DNA of 64,000 nucleotides from an uncultured delta proteobacterium (lineage in GTDB: Bacteria > Desulfobacterota > Zymogenia > Zymogenales > Zymogenaceae): contig CAWBYW010000016.1 of assembly GCA_963792965.1 (NCBI GenBank), positions 32,001 to 96,000 on the forward strand, read 5' to 3'. The position numbers and the translations under genes were made by a program. Positions 8,660 to 19,150 of this stretch are shown here, piece by piece. Within the stretch, counting starts at the first letter, position 1. Each line of letters begins with the position of its first letter. Below the pieces are notes generated by a model, which had not been told where the DNA came from, made no database searches, and saw nothing but the letters and a program-made list of their open reading frames with translations.

Positions 8660-9034
8660 TCAGGACAGAAATTCGATCAGTTGTATCCTGACTCCGTCCG
8701 GGTCCTCGATAAAGGCGATTTTGCGGTCGGGCCTCAGCTGTATCGGCTCGAGGATGAACTTCACCCCCTCCCTGTGGAGCATTTCGGCCAGCCCCGCGAG
8801 GTCCTCCACCGCAAACGCCAGGTGATAGAGCCCGAAGCCCGTGTCCACCTTCATCATCTCGTCTCCGGGATTGGCCTCCTCTAACTCGATCCGGGTCCGG
8901 TCGTTCCCCACAAAGTAGAAGGTCCTGCCCACGAGGTCCACCTGTTCAAGGATCTCAAGCCCAAGCACCCGTGTGTAGAAATCTATTGACTTCTTGATGT
9001 CCGCGGACTTTATGCCGGAGTGATGCAGATACAT
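8660..9034 (-). CDS. VOC/glyoxalase family protein
   Basis: LHHSGI, FYTRVLGL, IELEE, YHLAFAVED, FIEDPDGVRIQL. Confidence 0.88.
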   Translation of the reverse strand: MYLHHSGIKSADIKKSIDFYTRVLGLEILEQVDLVGRTFYFVGNDRTRIELEEANPGDEMMKVDTGFGLYHLAFAVEDLAGLAEMLHREGVKFILEPIQLRPDRKIAFIEDPDGVRIQLIEFLS

Positions 9035-9037
9035 TTC

Positions 9038-10285
9038 CTATGCCCCCTTTGTGGCCAACTTCTCCCCGACGACCTTGAAGGCCTCGCGGGATACCTCGAG
9101 CGTCTTGCTGATGTCCGCTTCCGTGTGCGCGGCCGACAAAAACCAGTTGTGGTGGGGGTGGAAGAAGATCCCTCGCTTTGCCGCCTCGCCGCAGAAAAGC
9201 CGGTTGAGGTCAAAGACCGGGTCGTTCTCAAATCGCATGAAGGGGATCGGGTCCGTCCCCGTATAGACCACGTTGAGCTTGGATTCCTTGGCCAGCTCCG
9301 TGAGCCCCTTTCTGAGCGATGCCCCGAGCTTGGCGATCTTCTCGATGACCCCCTCCTCCTCGATGATATCCATCGAGGCCATCGCGGCCGCCATCGGGAC
9401 GGCCGAAAAGAAATGGGTCCCGGTAAAATAGACGCCGGAGGCCGCTTCCTTGAGCCGTTCGGTGCCGAGGGCCGCGGCGATCGGATAGCCGTTGGCCATC
9501 GCCTTTCCCATCGTCACCATGTCGGGCTTGGCGCCGAAGTAGGCATGGGAGCCGTTGATGGAAAGCCGGAAGTTGCAGCGGATGTCGTCGATGATCAAAA
9601 GCGAACCGTGCTTGTCGCACAGCGCGCGCACCGCATTGTAGAAGCCTTTTTCGGGCAGCACCTGGTCGGCCATCGCGGGGTGGTGGAACGGGGTAAGCAT
9701 AACCCCGGCGACGTCGTCCTTATGCTTTTCGAAGATCGCGGTCAGCCCCGCGACGTCGTTGTAGTTGAAGTGTTCAACGTACATCTGGTATTCCGGGGGA
9801 ATGCCGTTGGTGCTGTGGGTGCACCAGAAGTCGCTGCCGTGATACGCGCCGTTTGCCATGATGATGACCCTCTTCTTGGTGAAGTGGCGCGCCACTGCGG
9901 CGGCATACGAGGTCACGTCCGAGCCGTTCTTTGAGAAGACCGTCCAGTCCATGCCGGAGATGAGGCCCACGAGCCGCTTTGCCAGCTCGTTCCAGCGGTT
10001 TGAGGGGAGCGTGAAGCAGTTGCCCAGCTCGCGCTGTTTTGCGGCCGCCGCCTCGACGCCGGGGTGCCCCAGGCCGAGGATATTGGTGCCGAACGAGCAC
10101 ATGTAGTCGATGTATTCGTTTCCATCCACGTCCCAGATGTGGCAGCCCTTACCCCGCTCCAGGAAACAGGGGTAGGAGCCGAACGTCAGGAACATGGGGC
10201 TGCGGGGTCCGTAGATACCGCCGGGAACGTACTTCTTGGCCTCTTCCAGCATCTGATACGATTTGGTGAAGGTATAGGTCTTCAT
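9038..10285 (-). CDS. class III PLP aminotransferase (GSA-aminomutase-like, not canonical HemL)
   Basis: start MKTYTF at 10285 with RBS; WDVDGNEYIDY, GAYHG, IIDDIR, MGKAMANG (PLP Lys). Confidence 0.88.
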   Translation of the reverse strand: MKTYTFTKSYQMLEEAKKYVPGGIYGPRSPMFLTFGSYPCFLERGKGCHIWDVDGNEYIDYMCSFGTNILGLGHPGVEAAAAKQRELGNCFTLPSNRWNELAKRLVGLISGMDWTVFSKNGSDVTSYAAAVARHFTKKRVIIMANGAYHGSDFWCTHSTNGIPPEYQMYVEHFNYNDVAGLTAIFEKHKDDVAGVMLTPFHHPAMADQVLPEKGFYNAVRALCDKHGSLLIIDDIRCNFRLSINGSHAYFGAKPDMVTMGKAMANGYPIAAALGTERLKEAASGVYFTGTHFFSAVPMAAAMASMDIIEEEGVIEKIAKLGASLRKGLTELAKESKLNVVYTGTDPIPFMRFENDPVFDLNRLFCGEAAKRGIFFHPHHNWFLSAAHTEADISKTLEVSREAFKVVGEKLATKGA

Positions 10286-10382
10286 GGGTCGTCCTTTCCC
10301 CCAAACGGGGCGCGTGTTGATGGTATATGGGTCTCTCGTGGCCTCTCGGGCCCCGGAGAAACGGAGCCCGGGGTGGTTTCCG

Positions 10383-11603
10383 TTATCGTTTCTCGATTGG
10401 GATATAGGGGCGATTGTAATCGCCGATATACTCCTGGATCGGCCTGAATATCCGATTGGCGCCGACCTGCTCCATCCAGTGGGCGGCCCATCCCACCGAG
10501 CGCCCGATGGCAAATACCGGCGTGAAGAGGTCGATAGGAATGCGCAGCATCTCCAAGACGACCGCCGAGTAGAAGTCGACGTTGGGGTAGACCCTCTTAT
10601 GCGAGAGCTTGTTTTCCACCTCCGTCTCCAGCGCCACGGCGATCTCGTAGAGCTCCTTGAATTCCTCGCCGCCGACCTTGGCCGCGAGACCCGGGATGTA
10701 CGACTTGAGGACGGGCGCGCGGGGGTCGGTTGTCTTGTAGATACGGTGGCCGATTCCCATGATTTTCTTGGCGGTCTCAAGCATCTCGTCGACATATTTC
10801 GGGACGTTTTCAGCGCTCCCGATGGAGTAGAGCGTGCGGATGACCCGCTCATTGGCCCCGCCGTGGAGCGACCCGGAAAGCGCCCCAACCGCCGCCGAGA
10901 GGGCGGAATAGATGCTGGCGTTGGTAGAGCCCACCACGCGCGCCGTGAAGGTAGAGGCGTTGATCGTGTGCTCGGCCATCAGGATGAAACATTTGTCCAG
11001 CACCATCGCCACCGCGGGGTCGGCGGGGCTGCCCGTGAGCATGAAGAGGAAGTTCTCGGCGTGAGTATATCGGGAGACCGGCGGGAGGGGATCCTCCCCG
11101 TTTCGGCAGTGGTCGAAGGCCGCCACGATCGTCGGGAACTTGGCGATGAGCGAGATGGCCCGCCTGATGTTATGGATCGGGGACGATACGTCGTCGGCGT
11201 AGAAGTCTTCTCCCTGCAGGAGCGCCACGGCCGCCTGGAGGGCGAGCATCGGGTGCATCCCCACGGGGAATTTCTTGATGGCCTCCGATACCCCCAAAGG
11301 GAGGTTTCGCTGCCGCGCGATCAGCGTCGAGAACTCCTTGAGCTCCCTCTCGCTCGGGAGATGGTTGTAGAGGAGAAGATAGGCCGTCTCCTCAAACGAG
11401 CTGTGCTCGGCGAGCTCCTCGATGGCGATGCCGCGGTACGAGAGCTTCCCGTGCTCGCCGTCGATGTGGCAGATGGCCGACCGGGTGGCGATGACGCCGT
11501 CAAGCCCCGGGCGATACTCGAACGCCGGAGTCGCCTCGGAAATGACTTCGGCCCGGTTCTCGTTGTTATTATTGTTCGTCTCTTCGATTCCTTCCTTTTT
11601 CAT
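10383..11603 (-). CDS. citrate synthase / 2-methylcitrate synthase family
   Basis: GLDGV, EHTINAST, GSLHGGANE, MGIGHRIYK, YPNVDFYS. Confidence 0.92.
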   Translation of the reverse strand: MKKEGIEETNNNNNENRAEVISEATPAFEYRPGLDGVIATRSAICHIDGEHGKLSYRGIAIEELAEHSSFEETAYLLLYNHLPSERELKEFSTLIARQRNLPLGVSEAIKKFPVGMHPMLALQAAVALLQGEDFYADDVSSPIHNIRRAISLIAKFPTIVAAFDHCRNGEDPLPPVSRYTHAENFLFMLTGSPADPAVAMVLDKCFILMAEHTINASTFTARVVGSTNASIYSALSAAVGALSGSLHGGANERVIRTLYSIGSAENVPKYVDEMLETAKKIMGIGHRIYKTTDPRAPVLKSYIPGLAAKVGGEEFKELYEIAVALETEVENKLSHKRVYPNVDFYSAVVLEMLRIPIDLFTPVFAIGRSVGWAAHWMEQVGANRIFRPIQEYIGDYNRPYIPIEKR

Positions 11604-11819
11604 AACTCCCCTTCCCAGCCTTTAAAGGCGAGTTGCTTTAGGCACAACAATTTTAAAAAGATAGCAGATTCGAGCTAACTTTTGTCAAATCTTTACTCCC
11701 TTCACGCGCACACAAGAAAAAAGCCCGGCCTTCCATATGGGAAGAAGAGACAGGCACATCTTAATGCAATTCAGTCGTCATTTCGGGGGGATGAGGCTGC
11801 TTCCCGGTAGAAGAGTCAC

Positions 11820-12439
11820 TTACTCGGGCCGGTAGGTGATGGACCGGGACATCGGGTCCCCCTGGCGATGCGAGTGGGTCTCCTCGACTTTCGCGTCCTT
11901 CCCGAGTATCCAGGCGGGCGACGCCGAACTCGAACCCACCTCGCCCTGGCATATGTCCCCTTCGTCTTGAGCCCCATACACCAATAGCATGGCGACAGCT
12001 CAAGGCACCACCCCTCTTCAGTCGTGTAATAGGTATGTGAGGCCTTCAAGATATGCTTGCCGGCCTCGACCATGAGGCTTTCTATGCGCACGTATTCGTC
12101 GAAGAGCTTATCCGGCGAAACCTGCGAAACCTGGACACCGTCAAGGGCAAACAGGCTCGGCATGTCCCTGAGCATGATCTCGAAGGCCTTGAGGCCCGAT
12201 TGCAGCATGAGCGAGCGGGCGCCCATCTCGCCCATTACCTCGACCATGCCGGCAACAAACCGCGTAAAATCGGAGGCCGGGTGTTCCTGGTCAAATGTGT
12301 TCGGGGGGTAGCTGTCGATGTAGTGCTGGAGTTTCGTGTAATTCAGGATTGAATTAAGTCCGTTCTTCCCGAGCATCTCCTCCGTGGTGACGAACGCAAG
12401 GGACAAGAGCTGGTTTGGGAGTTTTTCTTTGAGCGGCAT
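11820..12439 (-). CDS. V4R (4-vinyl reductase)-domain protein, indels in C-terminal third
   Basis: EEMLGKNGLNSILN...YPPN N-terminus, CYWC, and out-of-frame remnants HIC / EETH-IARGD. Confidence 0.7.
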
Positions 12440-12692
12440 AGTAGCCTCCTTTAACGATGGCTCACGTACGGCATGTCATCTCAATATCCTGACATCTTTC
12501 TGCTATATGGCAGATGAGAAAAATTGTGGTCCGTTTCTCAAGGGCGCTCCTTCCAGGGCATGATAATTATCGAAAGGGGGGGCGGTTGCCCCCCGTTAAT
12601 GAGCAGTAGACAGTCCCCGTAAGCACGATCCCGTGAGGCGACCGGGTATAGGGCTGAAAGTCGAGCCCCAGGAACCCGGACCCGGGCTATCT

Positions 12693-13462
12693 TTAAGCCG
12701 GGAACGCCCAGTCGGCGCTCGTCAGTTGACCGCCGTCTACGGCGATAATTGCGCCGGTTACGTACGATGCCTTCTCGGAGCTCAGAAAGAGGATGACGTT
12801 GGCGATATCCTCCGGTTTGGCTATGCGGCCGACCGGGATCGTCTTGAGTGCATTTTGAAATACCTCCTCAAGCATCTTTCTCGGCACCCCGGCACGCTCG
12901 TAAATCGGGGTATCGACCCAGCCGGGCATGATGGCATTTGCGCGTATGCCGCGCAAATCCCGTGCCAGGTGTTTGGTGTACTTGAGAACAGCAGCCTTCG
13001 TTGTCGAATAGAGGAAGGGATGGTTACCGAGCTCGACGACGGCCGCGGTCGGATGAGATATTGACGATCGAAGCATGAGACGAATTCCTCAACAATGGCA
13101 GGCAATTCGTGATCATGAGCATTGGCCCCTTGACGTTGATCTCGTAATGGTAGTGAAAGTCTTCCTCCTTCATGTATTCAATCCCGGTAAGCCTGCCGAC
13201 GCCGGCATTGTTCACCAGCACGTCGAGCCTGCCCGAACGTGTCGCTGACGTACTTGCTCACCCCGGCGACCTGGTCCGCCTTCGATATGTCGCACAGCTG
13301 AGCGTGATAGCTCTTCCCGAGCTTTGCCGCCGCGGCTTTGAGTGCCTTTTCATCAAAGTCGACGGCGACGACGTCGGCGTGATTCTCAATGAACTGCGTT
13401 GCCGCGCCGAGCCCGATTCCCGAAGCCGCGCCCGTCACCAGGACAACATAGTCTTTAAACAT
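12693..13462 (-). CDS. SDR family oxidoreductase, split over several frames
   Basis: TGAASGIG, LVNNAG, IVNISS, YSTTK, IRANAIMPG, VDGG found in successive frames. Confidence 0.8.
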
Positions 13463-13536
13463 CGAACCCCCCTATTCGAATTAGTGAGTGGATATATCGT
13501 TTAACAACATTGCACATAACGATGAGACGGCCGCCT

Positions 13537-14726
13537 TTAAACGACGAACGGACGACATGACCACGTCCGACAGCCGCTGGAGAGTCAGAAAGCTCCTTCA
13601 TTACTCATCAATCCCGCCGAGAGGAAAATAAAGCTGAGGTCCCTTCCGGGTAACCTAGAACATGGTGGAGCCGGCGCCAGCTCGCCTTACGTACCGGGCG
13701 ACGTGCCCAGGACGAAAGGATGCGGGAAGTAGGTGCCTTCCCCTCAGGAAGAAGCTCAGCCCGAGGTATGAGGGATACTGGGGCAACCCGTAGATTTCGC
13801 GCATGTAGTCCAAGAGGTGATTGACCATGGTACCGGTCTGGTTCGTCGTGGCGAGCTTATCGTCTCGGGGCTTAGAATCCGCGCGCCGTTCAGCTCTCCC
13901 CCGCGTCGCAGCATCTCGGAAAAGAGATAGATACCGTGCGCCGTCGGAGAGACGCCTCCACCGGCCGGCAGCTCCATCTCCTCGTTGGCCAAAAAATTCA
14001 TGGCCTCGATCAGCGAGGGATCGAAAATACCGGGAGTCTTGTCCCTCATGACGACGGGCACGATCCTTTCTTTGAAGCGATCCTGCAGCGTAAAGGCCGT
14101 GTCCTTCATGACGAGCGGCAAAAACACGTCTTCCATCAGAATCTGGCGAAACGGGCGTTCTTCTCATCGAGCCGCTGCACCATGGCCGCGACGATCGCGT
14201 GCGCCGTTGTGGCGTTATAGGTCATCAGGGTTCCGGGAAGATAGAGCACGCGCTCGTTTGATAGCGTGGCGACGACCTGCTCTATGACGCCGAGCTTATC
14301 CAGGGGAAGAGTAAAAGGGATCTCCGTGTTCAGCCCGCTGGTATGAGTAAGAATGTGCCATACGGTGATGTTCTGCTTTCCCTTGATGCCGAATTCCGGG
14401 ATGACGTCTTTGATCGGGGTGGTCAGATCGAACTTTCCCTTTTCGATATCCATCAGCACGCGCACCACGGTCATCTGCTTGGTGAGCGACATGATAAAGA
14501 AATAGTCGTCTATTTTCGCGGGACGTTTTTTCGCGAGGTTGGTGCTGCTGACCGCCTCGTGCACGGCGATCGTCCCGTGCCGTGCCACGATAAATACCGC
14601 CCCGTCGTATAGACCCTTGGCCGTATCCTGCTCGATGACGCGCTTTACCTGGCTCAGGCGATCCGGATCCAGGCCCAGCTTGCGAACCTCGGCGGCGTCG
14701 ATTTTCACCTGCTTTGTCTCTGACAT
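13537..14726 (-). CDS. serine hydrolase (beta-lactamase class C-like), split over several frames
   Basis: MSLTK SxxK motif, HILTHTSG, YNA, GAGST, DLSFIFLSAG in successive frames; end approximate. Confidence 0.75.
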
Positions 14727-14819
14727 ACGAAAACCTCCCTGTTATGGATAATCGGACGGAATCGATAAGTTGAACAGAGGTCACGACACAAAAACGAGAT
14801 ATATGTTTTAGAGCTATTC

Positions 14820-15742
14820 TCATGCGCTCTTTTTTGTTCGAGCTTTACCGACCTCTCTTTCCAGGATCCACCGATCGGGCGTGATTACTTTTTCAAAGCC
14901 CTTGCGCTTTGATTTCTCCTTTTCCAGGCTCTTCATGCCCGATGCCGCCATGGCTGAGTAGAGCGTGCCGCTCAGCCTCGGGAAATTGCCTCCAAATCTG
15001 GATAGCCATCCCCTGTACGCCGGTATTGCGACTTCCAGCGATTTCTTCTTAAGGACTTTCTTCAGTATGACCTTTTCTATGTCTTGGACCGTAAGGATCC
15101 TGGGCGCTGAAAAACCGACGGCCGCCGCCTTGTCTCCGTAGATAAGCTGCGTCTGGAGCTTGGCCGTATTGACGAGATCGGGCTCGACGAGCGTTACGTA
15201 GATGCCGTGCGGCTTGAGCTCGTAATAAGCCGCCAGCGAAAAGCCGCGCAACGCGAATTTTGAGGCACTGTAAAGGCTGATACCGGGAACGGGGGCCAAG
15301 CCCGCCAGCGAGCACATATTGACGATGTGCACGTACCCCTGTTTTACCATCTGCTGGGCCGCGAACTTCGTCCCGAGTATCGCGCCCTTTGTGTTGATGT
15401 CGATATGGAGGTCGATATGCTCCAGGGGAAAATCCGTCACAAATCCCTGGACCGCAAACCCCGCGATATTCATGCATACGTAAGCTTGCCCCACTTCTTG
15501 ATAATCAGGGACATCGCCGCCCGCCACTCGCCGGCCTTCCTGAGATCCAGCTTCTTTAAGATCACGTGCCGGCGATCCCACTTTGATTTCTTCGCGCTTT
15601 TTTCCAGCGCCTGCGGATTTATATCCGTCGCGAGAATATCGTAGCCTCGCCCGGCCAGCACGGTCGTCAGATGCCGGGCGATGCCGCTTGCGCATCCGGT
15701 GATGAGCATAACCTTGTTACGGCTCTTTTTCGTTTCTCTCAT
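14820..15742 (-). CDS. SDR family oxidoreductase, frameshifted near 15480
   Basis: ITGCASGIA in ORF 15470..15742; NIAG, SLAG, YSASK in ORF 14820..15695. Confidence 0.82.
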
Positions 15743-16436
15743 TTCAGCCCCTCGAATGATAGTTAATATAGGAATGATTTATCAGGCACGTATAGAGTAT
15801 CGAAGGCTTTCTGCGTCGCGCTCAGCTGGTCATTTAATCATGTCACCGTGGCGGGAGGTGTCCGATGCGCACTTATCGACGCGGCACAGGCCCACCTCGG
15901 CCCCGGCTCGGACAAACGCCACCGTTCTCGTATATGCTCGTGAGTGTCGTGAGTGATTTTCAGTTCGTAGGACATTTTCTCGCGCCACGATTCAGGATGA
16001 TCTCGAGTCGCAGAGAGTCTTGGGTAGTTCTCAAATTGTAAGAAAAATCGTTTCTACCGATTCCATATTTCAAATCCTTTCTCTTGTCAATATAAATAGT
16101 TCATTTATGAAATAAATCGGACGCGGTCAACGCCCGGACACGCACATCCTTCCTCACCGTCGTTCTTATCCACCCTCTCGATTTGCGTCTTATGCCGAAG
16201 CGTTCCGCCGTAGCTCCGGATGACACCTCAAAGAGTGACGCTTCGAATTGAAAGGGAAGCTTTTCAGCCATCTCCTCCTATTTGGATCCCCGGGAGGAAA
16301 AAATCCGCTCATCGATCCTCGTCCTTAACATCTTTGTCTAGAGTAGCTGGACAACGATTGTTTATGATGATAGAATGAATTCATAGAGTCAGGTTATAAG
16401 GCCGAAACGATAACTCCATTCCATTCGGAGGTAGCT

Positions 16437-16994
16437 ATGGACGTAAAGCAGGCAATCAAAGAGCGCCGGGCGTACCGTTCCTTCGTGCCGGTGAAGATCA
16501 CCAAAGAGCTGGTGGACGACCTGGCGGGCTCTGCGCAGATCGCCCCGTCGTGTTTCAACAACCAGCCGTGGCGCTTCGTCTTCGCCTACGGCCCCGAGAC
16601 GCTCGAAAAGCTCCACGCGGCCATCCCGGAGGGGAACCGCTGGGCGTGGGATTCCTCGCTTATCATCGGTGTCTTCTCGAAAAAGGAAAACGACTGCATG
16701 ATCGCGGGGAGAGACTACTTCCTCTTCGACACGGGCATGGCCGTGGGCATCATGATCCTCAGGGCGACGGAGCTGGGGCTGGTGGCCCACCCGATCGCCG
16801 GCTACGACGAGAAGAAGGCAAAAGAGGTCCTCGGCGTCCCGGATGACATGCAGCTGATCACGCTGGTCATGGTGGGAAAACACACGACGGAGCTCAAACC
16901 GTACCTCAACGAAAAACAGGTCCAGGCCGAGCACGAGCAGCCGCCGCGAAAGTCCCTTTCCGAGTTCGCCTTCATCGACCGCTACACGGGCTAA
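16437..16994 (+). CDS. nitroreductase family protein
   Basis: RRAYRSF, APSCFNNQPWRF, DTGMA, ATELGL. Confidence 0.92.
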   Translation: MDVKQAIKERRAYRSFVPVKITKELVDDLAGSAQIAPSCFNNQPWRFVFAYGPETLEKLHAAIPEGNRWAWDSSLIIGVFSKKENDCMIAGRDYFLFDTGMAVGIMILRATELGLVAHPIAGYDEKKAKEVLGVPDDMQLITLVMVGKHTTELKPYLNEKQVQAEHEQPPRKSLSEFAFIDRYTG

Positions 16995-17024
16995 CATATA
17001 CTATTCGACAAGGGGGAGCAGAAT

Positions 17025-17489
17025 ATGGCCGACGAGCTGAAGGACTACCCGGTGGTTGTCACGATTCCCGTGGCCTGGGGCGAGATGGACGCCCTCGGGC
17101 ACGTCAACAACGCCATGTACTTCCGCTATTTTGAGACGGCGCGTATGATCTATCTTGAGCGGGCGGGACTGCTGGAGATCATGAAGGAGATCCTGATCGG
17201 CCCGATCCTCGCCAGGACCTCCTGCACCTTCAGGGTCCCCATCTATTACCCCGATACCCTCGAGGTCGGGACCCGGGTCAAGACCATCGGCAACACCCAT
17301 TTCAACATGGAATATCTCGTAGTGAGCAAGAAACACGGCGTGAGCGCCTACGGCGACGGGGTCATCGTAACCTTTGACTACAGCAAGAACACCAAGGCGC
17401 CCGTCCCCGATCCGATCATGCGGGCCATCGAGAAGCTGGAGGGGTGCGCCGCCGGGTCCAAGTGCGTGGTGGAAGAGATCGACATTTAA
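17025..17489 (+). CDS. acyl-CoA thioesterase (4HBT/YbgC-like)
   Basis: WGEMDALGHVNNAMYFRYFETAR. Confidence 0.92.
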   Translation: MADELKDYPVVVTIPVAWGEMDALGHVNNAMYFRYFETARMIYLERAGLLEIMKEILIGPILARTSCTFRVPIYYPDTLEVGTRVKTIGNTHFNMEYLVVSKKHGVSAYGDGVIVTFDYSKNTKAPVPDPIMRAIEKLEGCAAGSKCVVEEIDI

Positions 17490-17667
17490 GGGACGAGACC
17501 ACGACACTTTGAGGGCACATTGACATCATCTGAAAGATGTATTCATCTCTTCCTATTAGGAAATGGTAATACTCCCACAATGATCCGGTAAGGAACATAC
17601 GATATACTTTCTCATGCGAAGTGGTTGTATGTTACTTTTTTGGATATTGATTGGAAGGGAGTAAGAA

Positions 17668-18078
17668 ATGAAGTTTAAAGTTGTCTCGATTTTTGTCGTT
17701 TTGGCGTTCCTTGCAGGGGCCGTTACTCTTATTGCAGCCGAGGGAGCCGCAAAGCCTTTCGTCGCTGATCCTAAGGCAAAGGATATCACTGTCATAGTCA
17801 AGATCGCCGAAAACGGATTCAGCCCCAAAGAGATCACCGTCTATGAAGGACAGAAGATAACCCTTGAGATCAGTGCTCCCGGTGAGACTAACGCCTACAC
17901 CTTTACGCTTCCCGAATTCAAGATAAACAAGGTTATCGAGAAGGGAAAGACCGAAAAGGTCACTTTTGAAGCCGGTAAGGTTGGAGTATTCTCGTTCGCG
18001 GCTACGGAAAAGGAAACCACGGAAAAGGCGGAAGGCACTTTCGTGGGGAACCTGAAGGTTGAGAAACCGACGAAGTAG
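17668..18078 (+). CDS. secreted cupredoxin-fold protein lacking copper ligands
   Basis: signal peptide; GFSPKEITVYEGQKITL, VTFEAGKVGVFSF, GNLKV pattern; no His, Cys or internal Met. Confidence 0.65.
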   Translation: MKFKVVSIFVVLAFLAGAVTLIAAEGAAKPFVADPKAKDITVIVKIAENGFSPKEITVYEGQKITLEISAPGETNAYTFTLPEFKINKVIEKGKTEKVTFEAGKVGVFSFAATEKETTEKAEGTFVGNLKVEKPTK

Positions 18079-18244
18079 ATGCCTCGAAAGTGACCTGTGC
18101 TTTGCAGTCAGGGATTTTGGCTTTTTGCCGAAATCCCTTCTTTTTCCCACTTTTCTTGCATGTCGATGCGGATAGAGATCCGTAAATCCAATTCGTCGGT
18201 CCCTTAAAGACGACCAAGAGGATTAGTAGTCCCACGGGGGCTGA

Positions 18245-18273
18245 TTGACGTGTTCTTACAGAGGTGCTATCCT
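18245..18273 (+). promoter_or_regulatory. putative sigma70 promoter of PsbP-like/ABC operon
   Basis: TTGACG-N17-TATCCT with extended TG. Confidence 0.55.
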
Positions 18274-18310
18274 AAGAACAGGTAAGACATTATTTTATTG
18301 AGGGAAAGCT

Positions 18311-18949
18311 TTGCCAAAAACCGAATCAAAGAGAAATCTGAAGGTCATCGTTATCCTGTTGATGACGGCGGTCGCCATTATTGTGCTGGCGCTCTACACC
18401 TTCGGCCCCCTTTCGTATATCAGGGGCGAGCATAAGACAAACCCGGAGTCTATAAAGCCCGCCGGTTCGGAGAAGGTGAGCATCAACAGCAAGGATATGG
18501 TCTTTCGCCAGTATCACAACAAGGACGTCACGGAGAACTATTACGGCGTTGGGCTCCCCGCGGGAGCCGGCGTCCGGCCCGATACGTCTTCGCCGGGCAC
18601 TTACATCGTCGACTTCCCTCCGATAAAGGCGACGATAGGGTTGATGGATGTGCCTGACAACACGACCCTCGAATTATACGTCCTCGGGCAGGAAGAGCCG
18701 AAGTTGAGTAAAAGCGTTCCCGGTTATCGCAAGACTGATTTTCAAAAACTGACGATCAATGGGGCCGAGGGATACGAGCTGGCTTATATCGGCACGATTA
18801 ATGCGATAGAGTACCGCACGGTACGCACGTATGTCACCGGGCCCGACCGTGCGGGAGTCATTACCCTGTCATGCAAAGAGAGTGATTATAAGGATACAAG
18901 CTCAATTTTTTCCACGGTCGTCAATAGTTTCCGCTGGGAGAACCGGTAG
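18311..18949 (+). CDS. membrane-anchored PsbP/DcrB-like protein
   Basis: N-terminal TM; TINGAEGYELAY and FSTVVNSFRW ending typical of PsbP-like fold. Confidence 0.6.
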   Translation: MPKTESKRNLKVIVILLMTAVAIIVLALYTFGPLSYIRGEHKTNPESIKPAGSEKVSINSKDMVFRQYHNKDVTENYYGVGLPAGAGVRPDTSSPGTYIVDFPPIKATIGLMDVPDNTTLELYVLGQEEPKLSKSVPGYRKTDFQKLTINGAEGYELAYIGTINAIEYRTVRTYVTGPDRAGVITLSCKESDYKDTSSIFSTVVNSFRWENR

Positions 18950-18950
18950 C

Positions 18951-19148
18951 ATGAAACAGATCTTCTTCTTCGTTTCTCTGTTCGTCATCGGTATCGGGGT
19001 ATACCTGAAGTTCTTTTACGACGTGCCGGATAGCCAGGAATCGATCAATTTCTTTGTGAGCTGGTTCCTCATTATCATCGGCGCGTCGAGCCTGTTGATC
19101 AATCTGGTATGGGATACCTCGAGGAAGGACGACGGTGATAAGGACTAA
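18951..19148 (+). CDS. small two-TM membrane protein
   Basis: 65 aa MKQIFFF..., tightly packed between flanking genes. Confidence 0.65.
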   Translation: MKQIFFFVSLFVIGIGVYLKFFYDVPDSQESINFFVSWFLIIIGASSLLINLVWDTSRKDDGDKD

Positions 19149-19150
19149 CC

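Noticed and set aside
9038-10888. 616-aa version of the aminotransferase
   Set aside because: N-terminal 200 aa overlap citrate synthase out of frame and are low-complexity; real start with RBS at 10285.
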